Shown: positions 29,593-41,855, numbered from the stretch's first letter. The stretch: 64,000 nucleotides of DNA from an uncultured Acidobacteriota bacterium (GCA_964400605.1 CAYNUH010000002.1:58866-122865), one strand, 5' to 3'. Notes: generated from the sequence alone by a model not told the origin. Translations and numbers: made by a program.

Positions 29593-29624
29593 CCTCGAAC
29601 CTTCCGCCGCCGACGCACGTGGTT

Positions 29625-29641
29625 TGGCAAAGGCCGTGCCG
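29625..29641 (-). promoter_or_regulatory. candidate sigma-54 promoter (minus strand) GGCACG-N4-TTGC
   Basis: The reverse complement reads cGGCACGgcctTTGCc, about 30 nt upstream of the NfnAB-like start. Confidence 0.45.
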
Positions 29642-29702
29642 CTGGCTTGACCCGAGCGTTCTGGACTAGACTGTCGCCCGCCTGCACACGAGGGTCACCG
29701 CC

Positions 29703-30721
29703 ATGGCCATCAGGATCGGTCTGATGGGTTTCGGCAGGATCGGAAGGAACATCTTCCGGATCCTCTACCAGAGGGACGACGTGGAAGTGGCGGCGATCAG
29801 CGACATCGCCGACCATCGGGCTCTCGAATACCTGCTCAAGTTCGACACGGTGATGGGCCGCTTCCCGGACGAGGTGACCGTCCGGGACGGTTCCCTGATC
29901 GTGGGCGGGCGATCCATCCCTATGCTCTCGGGACGGGAGCCGGGGGACGTGGACTGGAAAGCCCACGGCGTGGACATCGTGGTCGAGGCCACGGCCCGCT
30001 ACCGCTCGCGCGCGGAGGTGCAGAAGCACCTCGACTCCGGCGCTCGCCGCGTCATCCTCTGCGTCCCTCCGGTGGACGAGCCTGACATCACCGTCGTCAT
30101 CGGCGTGAACGACCATCTCCTCACAGCGCGCCACCGGATCATCTCCAACGCCTCCTGCACGTCGAACTGCCTGGGTCCCATCGCGAAGGTTCTCCACCGC
30201 GCCTTCGGCATCCGGCAGGGGTTCGTGACGACCATCCACGCCTACACGAACGACCAGCGTCTCGCCGACGTGCCCGCGGACGACATGCGCCGCTCCCGGG
30301 CGGCGGCCGAGAATATCATCCCTACCGACACCCGGGCCCACGAGCTGGTGATGAAGCTGATGCCGGAGCTGGCGGGAAGGCTCGGGGGCGTGGCGATGAA
30401 CGTGCCTGTGCCGGACGGATCGGTGGTCGATCTGGTGGTTCAGCTCGAGAAGCACGCCACCGTCGAGGCGGTCAACGAAGCGGTCCGCACGGCGGCCGCC
30501 TCCGACCTCGCCGGCATCGTGGAGTACGAGACCGACCCCATCGTCAGCAGCGACGTGGTGGGAAACCCGCACTCCGCGGTCTTCGATTCGCTGGGCACGC
30601 AGATGATCGGCGGCGACCTCGTGAAGGTCCTCGCCTGGTTCGACAACGGCTGGGGGTATTCGAGCCGCGTGGTGGATCTCGTCAGGAAGCTCTCGTCGCT
30701 GCCGGCGGGGGAGGTAAGGCA

Positions 30722-30725
<4 letters not shown>
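29703..30725 (+). CDS. gap: type I glyceraldehyde-3-phosphate dehydrogenase (paralog 1)
   Basis: NGFGRIGR, ASCTTNCL (active-site Cys), and WYDNEWGYS (here WFDNGWGYS). Confidence 0.85.
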
Positions 30726-31723
<998 letters not shown>

Positions 31724-31750
31724 CGCCGGCGCCGGGCCGGACGGAGGCGC

Positions 31751-32191
31751 ATGGCTGAGAGACCCGATGACACCCGAAGACGGGTCGTGAACTGGATCCT
31801 GGGCGCGGGGACCGGTTCCGTCCTCGCGGCGATGATCTACCCCGTGATCCGGTTCATCAGCCCGCCCGATATCCCGGAGGCCCAGACGACGCGGGTTCTC
31901 GCCGGAAAGGTTTCCGAGATCAACGCCTCGGGCTTCAAGATCTTCAAGTTCGGTAACGACCCCGGGATCCTGGTCAAGTCGGGGGAGGGGGAGTACCGGG
32001 CCTTCTCCGCCACCTGCACCCACCTGGACTGCACGGTCCAGTACCGCAAGGACCTGCGCCAGATATGGTGCGCCTGCCACAACGGCCTGTACGACCTCAA
32101 CGGGGCCAACGTGTCGGGCCCCCCACCGAAGCCCCTCACGACCTACACGGTCAACGTGAGCGGCGACGACATCTACGTCTCGAAAGCCTGA
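31751..32191 (+). CDS. Rieske [2Fe-2S] protein of a cytochrome bc-type complex
   Basis: N-terminal TM anchor; Rieske boxes CTHLDC and CACHNG. Confidence 0.8.
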   Translation: MAERPDDTRRRVVNWILGAGTGSVLAAMIYPVIRFISPPDIPEAQTTRVLAGKVSEINASGFKIFKFGNDPGILVKSGEGEYRAFSATCTHLDCTVQYRKDLRQIWCACHNGLYDLNGANVSGPPPKPLTTYTVNVSGDDIYVSKA

Positions 32192-32192
32192 C

Positions 32193-33365
32193 GTGAAACG
32201 CGAGGCGCTCGTCGCCTGGCTCGAGGATCGGCTCGGCTGGAGCGCCCTCGTCGCGTTCGCACGCCACAAGACAGTCCCCGTGCACCGCCACAGCCTCTGG
32301 TACTACCTGGGAGGGATGACCCTCTTCTTCTTCCTGGTCCAGGTGGGGACCGGGATCCTGCTGATGCTCTACTACAGGCCGAGCGCGGACGAGGCGTACG
32401 AGTCGGTCCAATTCATCGTGACGCGGGTCTCCTTCGGCTGGCTGATTCGGTCGATCCATTCGTGGAGCGCGAACCTGATGATCGGGGCCGCGTTCATCCA
32501 TCTCTTCTCGGTCTTCTTCCTGAAGGCCTACAGGCGACCCAGGGAGCTCACGTGGGTGAGCGGCGTCATTGTGCTCTTCCTGGCGATGGGGTTCGGCTTC
32601 TCGGGGTACCTGCTTCCGTGGAACACGCTCGCGTACTTCGCGACCAAGGTCGGAACGGACATCGCCGGCTCGGTTCCCCTCGCGGGGGAGTGGGTGCTGC
32701 GGTTCCTGCGGGGCGGGGAGAGGGTGACCGGAGGGACGCTGTCGCGGTTCTACGGCTGGCACGTCGCGATCCTGCCCGCCGTGACCACGACGGCGCTGGG
32801 GCTGCATCTCCTGCTGGTCCAGAAGCACGGCATGAGCGTGCCGCCCTCCGAGGAGGGGAAAGCCGGATCGCCGCCGATGCCTTTCTTGCCCAACTTCCTC
32901 CTCAGGGACCTCTTCGGCTGGGCGGTGGCGCTCGCGATCCTGGCGGCGCTGGCCGCTTACGCGCCGTGGGAGCTGGGGGCGAAGGCCGACCCGTTCGCGC
33001 CCGCCCCCGCCGACATCAGGCCCGAGTGGTACTTCCTGTTCATGTTCCAGACGCTGAAGCTCGTGCCCGGAGGCGAGATCGCCGGCGTCGAGTACGAGGC
33101 CATCGCCATCCTGGTCTTCAGCCTCGGAGGGGCGCTGCTCCTGCTGGTTCCGTTCCTCGACCGCGGAGAGGCGTCAGGGACGGCGAGCCGCGTCATCACC
33201 GCCGCCGGATGGGCCGCCGTGATCTACATCACCGGCATGACGGCTGTCGGCTACGAGTCGCCGTGGCCCGTCGTCGCGCCGGGGGTGGCTCTGGCGCTGG
33301 TGTGGTTGATCGCAGCCCGCCGCGCCGCCGCGGACACTCCAACAGGTGGAGGCCCGCGAGCATGA
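32193..33365 (+). CDS. cytochrome b (fused b6-like plus subunit-IV-like) of the Rieske/cyt b complex
   Basis: About 8 TM helices; heme-ligating His pairs in helices B and D; PEWYFL motif. Confidence 0.8.
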   Translation: MKREALVAWLEDRLGWSALVAFARHKTVPVHRHSLWYYLGGMTLFFFLVQVGTGILLMLYYRPSADEAYESVQFIVTRVSFGWLIRSIHSWSANLMIGAAFIHLFSVFFLKAYRRPRELTWVSGVIVLFLAMGFGFSGYLLPWNTLAYFATKVGTDIAGSVPLAGEWVLRFLRGGERVTGGTLSRFYGWHVAILPAVTTTALGLHLLLVQKHGMSVPPSEEGKAGSPPMPFLPNFLLRDLFGWAVALAILAALAAYAPWELGAKADPFAPAPADIRPEWYFLFMFQTLKLVPGGEIAGVEYEAIAILVFSLGGALLLLVPFLDRGEASGTASRVITAAGWAAVIYITGMTAVGYESPWPVVAPGVALALVWLIAARRAAADTPTGGGPRA

Positions 33366-34672
33366 TGTTCGCCGGCCGCAGACTCCCGTCCGCCCTTCCG
33401 GCGATCCTGAGCGCGTGGGCCGCGGCCGTGGCGGCCCCGGCGGGCGCGGGCGGCCAAGGCGCAGCCCGGGAGGAACCCTGCGTCTCGTGCCACCTGGAGC
33501 TGGCGGAGATATCCGGGGTTCTCGCCGCCCCCGCGCAGAAGTGGGCCGACGATGTCCACCGCTCGAAGGGCCTCACCTGCGTCTCCTGTCACGGAGGAGA
33601 CCCTTCTCCCGGCGCCGCGCGGGACGCCGATGCGGCCATGGACCCGACGAAGGGGTTCGTGGCGCGGCCGCCCCGCGCGCGTCTGGCCGAGTTCTGCGGC
33701 CGCTGCCATTCCGACGCGAAGTACATGAAGACGTTCAACCCCGCCGCGCGGGTGGACCAGGTGACCGAGTACCGCACGAGCGTGCACGGCGTCCGCAACG
33801 CCGCAGGCGACGAGAAGGTCGCCACCTGCATCAACTGTCACGACGTGCATGGGATCCAGCCCGTGTCGAGCCCGCGATCGCCCGCGTACCCGAAGAACGT
33901 GCCCGCCACCTGCGGCAAGTGCCACGCGGACGCCGCGCTGATGGGCTCGTATGGACTCAGGGGAAACCCGCTCGCCGATTGGATGAAAAGCACGCATGCC
34001 GAGGCGCTCCTGGAAAGAGAGGACCTTTCCGCCCCTGCCTGCAACGACTGCCACGGCAACCACGGAGCAGCGCCGCCCGGGGTGGCCTCGCTCGCCTTCG
34101 TGTGCGGTCAGTGCCATGCCCGAGAGGCGCTGCTCTTCAGAGACTCGTTCAAGAAGAACCTCTTCGACGAGACGGGGGCCTCGGAGTGCGTGACCTGTCA
34201 CGGCAACCACGAGATCCACCATCCGACCGACAGGCTGATCGGGACGGGCGCCGGGACCGTCTGCTCCCAGTGCCACGCGCCCGGAGACGAGTGCGACAAG
34301 CAGAGCGTGCAGATCCGGAAAACCATCGACGGCTATGCGCGCGCGCTCGGGGAGGCCCAGGACGTGCTCGGGCGCGCCGAGCGGGCCGGGATGGAGGTGA
34401 GCGGGGCCATCTTCACCCTCAAGAAGGAGGGGATCAGCGGTCTCGTGGAGACCCGGGCGCTCATCCACTCCTTCGACGCTGAGCGCCTGACCCGCAGGGC
34501 GGAAGAGGGATTGAAAGTGGCCTCCGACGCGCGCCGCCAGGGGGATGATGCCCTCGCGGAGGTTCAGTACCGGCGCAAGGGGCTGGCCGTGAGCCTCGTA
34601 TTCATCGGCGTCCTGCTGGCGGGGCTCTTCCTGAAGATCCGGGACGTGGACCGCCGTCGAAGCGCCCCCTAG
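33362..34672 (+). CDS. multiheme c-type cytochrome (9 CXXCH) with a C-terminal TM anchor
   Basis: ATGA overlap with cyt b. Signal peptide; nine CXXCH motifs (2x CVSCH, then CGRCH, CINCH, CGKCH, CNDCH, CGQCH, CVTCH, CSQCH); C-terminal hydrophobic helix. Confidence 0.8.
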   Translation: MMFAGRRLPSALPAILSAWAAAVAAPAGAGGQGAAREEPCVSCHLELAEISGVLAAPAQKWADDVHRSKGLTCVSCHGGDPSPGAARDADAAMDPTKGFVARPPRARLAEFCGRCHSDAKYMKTFNPAARVDQVTEYRTSVHGVRNAAGDEKVATCINCHDVHGIQPVSSPRSPAYPKNVPATCGKCHADAALMGSYGLRGNPLADWMKSTHAEALLEREDLSAPACNDCHGNHGAAPPGVASLAFVCGQCHAREALLFRDSFKKNLFDETGASECVTCHGNHEIHHPTDRLIGTGAGTVCSQCHAPGDECDKQSVQIRKTIDGYARALGEAQDVLGRAERAGMEVSGAIFTLKKEGISGLVETRALIHSFDAERLTRRAEEGLKVASDARRQGDDALAEVQYRRKGLAVSLVFIGVLLAGLFLKIRDVDRRRSAP

Positions 34673-35007
34673 GGGAGATCCTCCCAGCCGGCCATCTTCC
34701 GCCGCCTTTCCTGGGCGCGCCGCGCGGCGTCGGCTTCGAGGCCCTCCCTGACGGATCGCACCGACTCCAGGGCCCGGGTGCAGTGATCGCAGGCTCTGGA
34801 CGGCGACACGCAGGGGACCCCGTCGGCCTGGGCTTCCGCGCAGACGGGGCAGGCGGCCATCTCGAGGGCGCGATCCAACCGGCGCTTCAGGTCGGGATCG
34901 ATCTCGATCGGCAGGTGCTCTTGAAGCTCCCTGAGGGAATCGATCTCCGCCCGGAGCATCGTGCGGACGGAACGCGACGTGTGCGAGGCGGATGCGGGTA
35001 GAGGCAT
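34669..35007 (-). CDS. small Cys-rich hypothetical protein (two CxxC pairs)
   Basis: 112 aa after a GGGAGGG ribosome-binding site; contains CPVC...CDHC. The larger tracked ORF upstream lacks a ribosome-binding site. Confidence 0.35.
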   Translation of the reverse strand: MPLPASASHTSRSVRTMLRAEIDSLRELQEHLPIEIDPDLKRRLDRALEMAACPVCAEAQADGVPCVSPSRACDHCTRALESVRSVREGLEADAARRAQERRRKMAGWEDLP

Positions 35008-35329
35008 GATCGACCCTCCCGGGGGTCCTGGAGGGCCCCCTTCACGACAGGATCCTCGCAAGGAAGGTGCCAGACCCTTGAGGCGCTGAAACACGCAGCA
35101 CCCCGGAGCACCGGACGCTGCTCGAGTCGCGCCGCCACGAAGTATCCCGCATCCCTGCGGCGTCACACGCACCTCGAAATCGTCCGCAGCGCGGCGGGCC
35201 GTTCCCTGCCAGGGCCAGGGCATGCGACGCATCTTGCATTCCAGGTCCGGTAGCACAAAGATCAACCGAACGAAAGGACGTCAACCATCCATCCCCGCCG
35301 CTCTCGCGGGAGAAAATCAGAGGCGATCC

Positions 35330-35773
35330 ATGGCAGGCCTGAAGGATCACGTCCTGATCGTCGACGACGACCAGGCCCTCGCCACGCTCTACCGGGTGGA
35401 GCTGCAAGAAACGGGATACAGAGTCAGCGTTGCCCGCAGCAGCCAGGAAGCCATCGCCCAGGTCCAGAAGGACCGGCCGGACGTCGTCGTGATGGACATC
35501 CGGATGCCCGGCATGGACGGGCTCGAGCTCATGGGGAGGATCCTCTCCATCGATCGCCGCATCCGGGTCGTTTTGAACACGGCCTACGCCTCGTACCAGG
35601 ACTCGTTCTCGTCGTGGGCCGCCGACGCCTACGTCCTCAAGTCCTCGAACCTGCGTCTCCTGCTGGAGACGATCGACCGACTCCTCGCCGAGCCCGAGGG
35701 GCGTCCGACGGCGCAGGGGGCCCCCGCGAGGCCGGCATCGAGGTCGCCGCGCCCGCTCGCCAAGGCCGTCTAG
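35330..35773 (+). CDS. single-domain response regulator (CheY-like receiver)
   Basis: DDD...D(54)...K receiver signature and no output domain. Confidence 0.7.
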   Translation: MAGLKDHVLIVDDDQALATLYRVELQETGYRVSVARSSQEAIAQVQKDRPDVVVMDIRMPGMDGLELMGRILSIDRRIRVVLNTAYASYQDSFSSWAADAYVLKSSNLRLLLETIDRLLAEPEGRPTAQGAPARPASRSPRPLAKAV

Positions 35774-35779
35774 GGGCTT

Positions 35780-38032
35780 CTACCTCGGCGCCGCCGCCCG
35801 GGAAACACCGCGGAAGTGCGCCTTCGCAGGCCATCGCGCGGCAGCCGCATCCGTCGTGCGCTTCTCCTCACGGACCCTGTGCGCGGTCGCGACGGCGGAT
35901 CCGGCGCTCACGAGGAGGATGCCGAGCCAGAGCGCGTTCACCAGCGGCTTGGTGCTCACGTCCAGCGCCAGCGACTCCGGCGTGGCCGCGGCCTTGGGAT
36001 CGTTCAGGATAACGCGGATCGCCCCGCTCTCCACCTGCATCCCGGCGAGCCTTGCGGTGGGGCCGTCGCTCATGGGGATGGGGATCTGGGCGCTCTCGGC
36101 GCCCCCGGGAGACATCCTCAGAAGAAGCGTCATCGCCTCGGTGCGACCGTTCTGCGTCACGTCCACCACGGCGCCCACGCTCAGGCCCCCTCCATCCTCG
36201 GAGTGGGACTCGAACCTCCGGAAGGCGAAGGTGGAGGGCCCCCAGGGCTGGGCGATGTTCTTCACGAGCGTCAGGGAGGATTCGGGCCCCGCCGGGGGGT
36301 GGTGGCTGACGGGCGCGATGTACAGATCGCCCAGGAGCCCTCGTTCGATATGGGGCCGCGCGATAATCGTATCCCTCCGGGAGTCGCGGAACATGATCGG
36401 CGCCGCCACGTAGGGACTTCCACTCGCCGGCACGACGTCGATCTCGAAGTGGGCCTCATCGCCCGGTCCCGGCACGTACCTTCTCAGGGTGAGCTCGCGG
36501 TCGAAGACCTTGTGCGCGCGGCCCGCTTGGAGCGTCACCGGCTCGGTGCGGTCGAAGGCGGACGTGGCTACGATGCCGATGAACATCAGCGCGAGGCCGG
36601 CGTGGGCGATCCCGGCGCCCGTGGCCAAGGGACTCGATCCGATCTGCCTCGCCACACGGGTCAGACTGGCCACCAGAGCGCCCACGGCTGCGGCCAGCAG
36701 GAGCAGCACCGGGAAGCCGCCCCGGGGCGTCACGCCGAGCGCCCACGGCAGGGCGGCGGCCAGGATCCCGGCCGCCAGTCCCGGAGCGATCCTCCGCAGC
36801 AGATCCCGCCAGGTGGAGCCCGCCCAGGTCATCAGCGGCGCCGCGACCAGGAGTGCCGCCATGCCGATGCCCACGGGGAGGCTGGTCCGGTTGTAGAAGC
36901 CCGGGCCGGGGCTCGCGGGTCTCCCCGAGAGGCCGCTGAGGATCGGCCAGGAGGTGCCCACCACCAGCAGCGCCGTCGCCGCGAGGAGCAGGGCCATCCC
37001 CAACGCCAGCGCGGCGGGCAGGGAGATGCGCCACGAGAGATCGGGCGCCTTGAGCCACCGCCAGCGCATCAGCAGCAGCGCCGCCGTGAGGCCCGCGGCG
37101 ACCGCGATGGCGACCAACAGGGGCGTGTGCAGCCCGCGGTCGGCGAAGGAGTGGACGGAGAAGGAGGCGAGAACGCCGCTGCGCGTCATGAAAGTGGCGT
37201 ACAGCACGAGGACGTAGGCCATCCCCGCCAGCGCGAAGTTCGTCCGCTTCAGCGCACCGGTGGCCCTCTGGATCAGCAGCCCGTGGACAAGCGCCGCGGC
37301 GACCAGCCAGGGGGCCAGAGAGGAGTTCTCCACGGGATCCCACCCCCAGTAGCCGCCCCAGCCCAGGACCTTGTAGGCCCAGAAGCCTCCGATGAAGAGC
37401 CCCAGACCCAGGGAAAGGATCGAGAGTGAGACCCACGGGAGGACGCGCGGAATCCACGCGTCGGGCTCCCTGCGGGCCAGGGCCGCGAGCGCGAAGGCGA
37501 ACGGGATCGCGAAGCCGGCGTAGCCGATGAAGACGATGGGCGGGTGGATGGCCATCCACGGATCGATCAGCAGAGGGTTCAGTCCCGCGCCGTCAGGCGG
37601 CGGGGGCGCCGTCTGGAAGGGCTTGAGCGCCAGCAGGGGGACGAGGAGAAGGATCTGGGTGATGAGGAGGAAGGACATGACGGGGGACTCCCAGTCGTCC
37701 TTTCGCCTGAGGACCAAAACCCCCGCGGCGGCCTGGAAGAGCGTCCACAGGAGGAGCGTGCCCTCCTGCCCGCCCCAGAAGGCGCTGACCTTGTAGAGCA
37801 GCGGCGTGGCGCGGGAGGAGTAGTCCGCAACGTATGGGAAGCTGAAATCGTCGGAGAGGATCGCCGCCATGAGCAGGATCGACGCGGCCGCCAGCGACAG
37901 CGTCATGCCGATGTAGAGAGTCCGTGCCAGCCGGCGGGCCCCGCCAGCGCCGGACCAGGCGAGAAGGTACGCGGCGAGGGAGGCCCCTGCCGCTCCGAAC
38001 GCCGCGAAGAGCAAGGTGGTTCCCGGGTTCAT
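35780..38032 (-). CDS. ccmF: cytochrome c-type biogenesis protein CcmF/NrfE (heme lyase)
   Basis: WGGYWGWDPVEN (WWD domain) and a polytopic membrane topology across 750 aa. Confidence 0.8.
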   Translation of the reverse strand: MNPGTTLLFAAFGAAGASLAAYLLAWSGAGGARRLARTLYIGMTLSLAAASILLMAAILSDDFSFPYVADYSSRATPLLYKVSAFWGGQEGTLLLWTLFQAAAGVLVLRRKDDWESPVMSFLLITQILLLVPLLALKPFQTAPPPPDGAGLNPLLIDPWMAIHPPIVFIGYAGFAIPFAFALAALARREPDAWIPRVLPWVSLSILSLGLGLFIGGFWAYKVLGWGGYWGWDPVENSSLAPWLVAAALVHGLLIQRATGALKRTNFALAGMAYVLVLYATFMTRSGVLASFSVHSFADRGLHTPLLVAIAVAAGLTAALLLMRWRWLKAPDLSWRISLPAALALGMALLLAATALLVVGTSWPILSGLSGRPASPGPGFYNRTSLPVGIGMAALLVAAPLMTWAGSTWRDLLRRIAPGLAAGILAAALPWALGVTPRGGFPVLLLLAAAVGALVASLTRVARQIGSSPLATGAGIAHAGLALMFIGIVATSAFDRTEPVTLQAGRAHKVFDRELTLRRYVPGPGDEAHFEIDVVPASGSPYVAAPIMFRDSRRDTIIARPHIERGLLGDLYIAPVSHHPPAGPESSLTLVKNIAQPWGPSTFAFRRFESHSEDGGGLSVGAVVDVTQNGRTEAMTLLLRMSPGGAESAQIPIPMSDGPTARLAGMQVESGAIRVILNDPKAAATPESLALDVSTKPLVNALWLGILLVSAGSAVATAHRVREEKRTTDAAAARWPAKAHFRGVSRAAAPR

Positions 38033-38039
38033 GCGGATC

Positions 38040-39413
38040 TCAGAGATAGCCGAACTTCTTCATCTTGTAGCGGAGCGCGTCCCTGGAGATGCTCAGCATC
38101 TTGGCCGCGTGCGTCTGGTTCCCGTGGGTCTTCTCGAGGGCCTGTCGCACCATCTCGTTTTCCATCTTCTCCAGGGGGAAGCCTCTGTCCGGAAGTCTGA
38201 ACCCATTGGCGTCCGAGGCCTCCGCGCCGTGGACCGGCTCGCGGATCTCCTTGGGCAGGTCCGTGACGGTGAGATCGGGCTTGTTCTCGAGGATCATCGC
38301 CCTCTCGATGACGTTCTTGAGCTCACGGACGTTGCCCGGCCAGGAGTAGGCCATGAGCCGCTGAATCGCCTCCTCGGAGACGCCCTTCGTTGACTTCTTG
38401 AACTCCTGGTTGAAGCCGTCGATGAAATGGTTGACGAGAAGGTGGATGTCCGACACGCGCTCCCGCAGCGGCGGAAGGGAGATGGGGATGACCTTGAGCC
38501 GGTAGTAGAGGTCCTCGCGGAACGCCCTCTCCTTGACGGCCCTTTCCAGATCTCGGTTCGTGGCGGCGATGATCCGCACGTTCACCGTGATGTCCTTGAC
38601 GCCGCCCACGCGCTTGAAGGTCTTCTCCTGCAGGAAGCGCAGCACCTTGGCCTGCAGCAGGACGCCCATGTCGCCGATCTCGTCGAGGAAGACCGTGCCC
38701 CCGTCCGCCAGCTCGAAGAGCCCCTTCTTGAGAAACCTGGCGTCGGTGAAGGAACCCCGCTCGTGCCCCATCAGCTCGCTCTCGAGCAGCGTCTCGGGCA
38801 GCGCCGAGCAGGTGATGTTCATGAACGGCTGGTGGGCCCTCTCCGACGCGTAATGGATCGCCTTGGCCACCAGGTCCTTGCCCGTCCCCGACTCGCCGCT
38901 GATGAGCACGGTCGTCGCCTGGCTCTTGGCGATCTTTTCGATCAGCTCGAGCACCTCCAGGATCGCAGGGCTCTGGCCGACGATGTTGGTGAGCCCGTAC
39001 CGCTTCTCCTGCTCGGAGCGCAGATGCCGTACCTCGCGGCGCAGCCGGCTGGATTCCAGCGCCCGCGCCACCGCGACGGCCATCTCGTCGTGGTTGAACG
39101 GCTTGTTGATATAGTCGTAGGCCCCGAGCTTGATGGCCTCCACCGCGGTGTCCACGCTGCTGTAGGCGGTCATGAGGATGACGGGGATCTCGGGGCGCTC
39201 GGAGGTGACCCTGCGGAGGATCTCGATCCCGTTGGTGTCCGGGAGGCGGTAGTCCAGGAGGATGAGATCGATCACCTCCCGCGAGAGCATCTCGAATCCG
39301 CCGGCCCCGTTCTCCGCCTCGAAGACATCGTAGTGATCCTTCTTGAGCCGTTCCTTGAGGGACCAGCGGACGAGCTTTTCGTCCTCGATGATCAGAATCG
39401 CCTCGTTCGCCAT
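38040..39413 (-). CDS. sigma-54-dependent response regulator (NtrC family)
   Basis: REC domain, GESGTGKD, GSFTDA (a GAFTGA variant), C-terminal HTH; a GGAGGAAAGG ribosome-binding site. Confidence 0.85.
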   Translation of the reverse strand: MANEAILIIEDEKLVRWSLKERLKKDHYDVFEAENGAGGFEMLSREVIDLILLDYRLPDTNGIEILRRVTSERPEIPVILMTAYSSVDTAVEAIKLGAYDYINKPFNHDEMAVAVARALESSRLRREVRHLRSEQEKRYGLTNIVGQSPAILEVLELIEKIAKSQATTVLISGESGTGKDLVAKAIHYASERAHQPFMNITCSALPETLLESELMGHERGSFTDARFLKKGLFELADGGTVFLDEIGDMGVLLQAKVLRFLQEKTFKRVGGVKDITVNVRIIAATNRDLERAVKERAFREDLYYRLKVIPISLPPLRERVSDIHLLVNHFIDGFNQEFKKSTKGVSEEAIQRLMAYSWPGNVRELKNVIERAMILENKPDLTVTDLPKEIREPVHGAEASDANGFRLPDRGFPLEKMENEMVRQALEKTHGNQTHAAKMLSISRDALRYKMKKFGYL

Positions 39414-39645
39414 CTTGAGCCTTTCCTCCGGAGGCCGGATTCCACGTCCGCCGCGGCCGCTCGGGGGCGATTTAGCGCCACGCCGTTGTGCTGCGGGCAA
39501 CGCCCTGCCGATGGGCAACGGGCATGCCACACCGGCCGCCGCAGGATGCAGTGCAAGTGCTTGTGAGCAGGCGGGATCGCCGGCCCATCAGGCCACGGCA
39601 GGAGGTCCCGCGGGTGCGTATTTTAGCGCACCAGCGGGAAACCTC

Positions 39646-40146
39646 TCACTTCCAGTGCTTGATTTTCTCTTTGGCGGAGGCGAAGTCGAAGCCCTTGAAG
39701 TTCGGGCTCTTGGAGTTGTGGCAGGTGGTGCAGGCTTTCTCGTCCGGGATGATCAGGCCGAGTCCCACCGACTTCGCGTGGGCGGCCGCGCGGTCGGCCT
39801 GGTACTTTGCCTTGTTCATGACGTCCACGGCCTTGTAGAGGCTTCCGGGGCCGTGGCAGGACTCGCACTGGACGCCGTTGAGGTCGGCGCCCGCGGCCGC
39901 GGGCCTGCCGTACCCGGTGATGTGGCAGCCGGCGCACTCCGCTTTCGTGCGCTCCTCGGGCTTGAGGACCTCGATGGCCTTCGCGTGGGCGGTCGCCATC
40001 CAGACCTTGTGCTCGTTCAGGTGGCACGCCTTGCACTTGGCCGCGCCGACGTACTGCGCCTCCGCGGCGGCCGAGAGGCCCGCCGCCGCGGCGATCATCA
40101 CCACAGCCGCGATCCCGATCAGGAAGCCCTTGCCGCTTCTCTGCAT
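39646..40146 (-). CDS. tetraheme c-type cytochrome (periplasmic)
   Basis: Signal peptide; four CXXCH motifs (CKACH, CAGCH, CESCH, CTTCH) in 166 aa; an AAGGAGG ribosome-binding site. The long tracked ORF upstream is read-through. Confidence 0.75.
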   Translation of the reverse strand: MQRSGKGFLIGIAAVVMIAAAAGLSAAAEAQYVGAAKCKACHLNEHKVWMATAHAKAIEVLKPEERTKAECAGCHITGYGRPAAAGADLNGVQCESCHGPGSLYKAVDVMNKAKYQADRAAAHAKSVGLGLIIPDEKACTTCHNSKSPNFKGFDFASAKEKIKHWK

Positions 40147-41472
40147 GGAGCCGCCTCCTTGAATGGAACGTCCGCCGTCGCCGGGAAGGTGAGGGTCACC
40201 GTGGTCCCGGCTCCGGGGGAAGTCGACAGATGGATCCGTCCGTTGTGGGCCTCCACGATCGTGCGGACGATCGGAAGGCCGAGGCCCGTGCCTCTGGCCT
40301 TGGTCGTGAAGAAGGGCTCGAAGGCCCGCGCCTCGGTCGCTCCCGCCATGCCGCAGCCGGTGTCGCTGAACCGGATCCGCACGAAGGCCCCGTTTCGCTC
40401 CGTGGTCACCGTCAGTGTACCTCCCGGCGCCATCGCCTGGTAGGCGTTGGTGACCAGGTTCTGGAACGCCTGCTCGGCCCGGGCCGGGTCCACCTCGGCG
40501 TGGAGCGGCCCAGGCGCGAACTCGCGGGCGACGCGCTTCCCGGCCGCCTCGTTCGTGGAGGCGGCGGACGCGAGCACCCGGTCCAGGACGCGGTGGATGT
40601 CTGTGGGCTGGGGGAGGAGCCGCCCGGGGCGCGCGTAGGCGAGAAGGTCGTTCACGATGTGGGCGATGCGCGCCACCTGAAGCTCCACCTCCTCGCCGAC
40701 GCCCTCGGGAAGCTCCTTCCAAAGATCACTACCCTTCAGCACCTCGACGGTGCCCGCGATCCCCGCGAGGGCGTTGCGAACCTCATGGGCGATGCTGGCG
40801 GCCGTCTCGCCGATGGCGGCAAGCTTCTCGGCCTGGATGAGCCTCGCCTCCATCTCCTTCTCCGCCGTGATGTCGCTGACGATGGCGGAGGAACCGATCA
40901 TGCTGCCTTCCGCGTCGCGCAGGATCGATCGGGTGATCCGAACGTTGATGGTGGTCCCGTCCTTGCAGACCCGCCTTGTCTCGAAGTTCCGCACGAAGCC
41001 GTCCGTCCTAACCGCCTCGAGGATGCGCTCCGGCTCGCCGGCCTCGATGAGGTCGCGCGGGAAGAGGACGCGCACGTTCCGGCCCACGATCTCCGGGGCC
41101 GTGTAGCCGTAGATCTCCTCTGCGGAGCGGTTCCACGACCGGATGATGTCGTCGCTGTCGATGCTGACGATCGCCTCGCCGGCGTCCTGCACGATGTTCT
41201 CGAAGAAGAGCCGCATCCGGCGGGCCTCGTGCGACTGGCGGCGCAGCTCCTCCTCGTAGCGTCGCCGGTAGCGCATCAGGAGGTAGGCGGTCAGGGCCGA
41301 CATGATGATCGCTGTCGAGACGCCGCGCGTCAGGTAGAAGAAGGGCATGCTGGCCGGGTCCACGAAGGTGGCGAGATACGCCTCCAGCATCTCCCAGGTG
41401 GCGAAGATCACGAGCATCACCCCAGCGAGGATCCCGATCATTCTCCTGATGCTGAGGGCCACGACGCCTCCG
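40119..41472 (-). CDS. PAS-domain sensor histidine kinase
   Basis: Two N-terminal TM helices, PAS (IVSIDSDDIIRSWNRSAEEIYGY), H-box HEVRNAL and HATPase. Start is either the GTG at 41472 or the ATG at 41451; the upstream 350 aa of the tracked ORF is noise. Confidence 0.75.
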
Positions 41473-41855
41473 TTTCCCGCCGTACTCGGTTCCCGCCAAG
41501 TCCGGCGGGATTCCCGTCCACGACGCCGCCAATCATCGCAACCGACATGCCAGCGGATCCGTGGGGCGCTGAACCGTCTAAGACCTTTGGATTCAGGGCG
41601 TCGGGCCCGCCGGCCGGCCCCGGCCGGAGGGACATGTGGGTCAGCCGACGCACCGGTGCGCGGGAGGACTGCCGGGCGGCTCGCACAGGGGGCCCCCACT
41701 ATCCTCCTGCGTCCCCAGCGGCGTCCGCGGCTGCGGGCCGCAGGGAGTCGCCGCTTGGTCGCGTGGGGGCCGCCGCGTCGTGGAGCCCGGGGCTCCGGTT
41801 CGGGAGGTGGGCGGCCGGAGTTCCCGGCAGAGCCGGGATGGGTTACCATGGGTCC

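Noticed and set aside
29640-29700. Possible sigma-70 -35/-10 (TTGACC-N14-TAGACT) upstream of gap
   Set aside because: The spacer is only 14 nt. This is kept as a weak note and is not reported as a feature.
35816-37429. 537-aa + strand ORF
   Set aside because: Antisense to ccmF, which carries the WWD signature.
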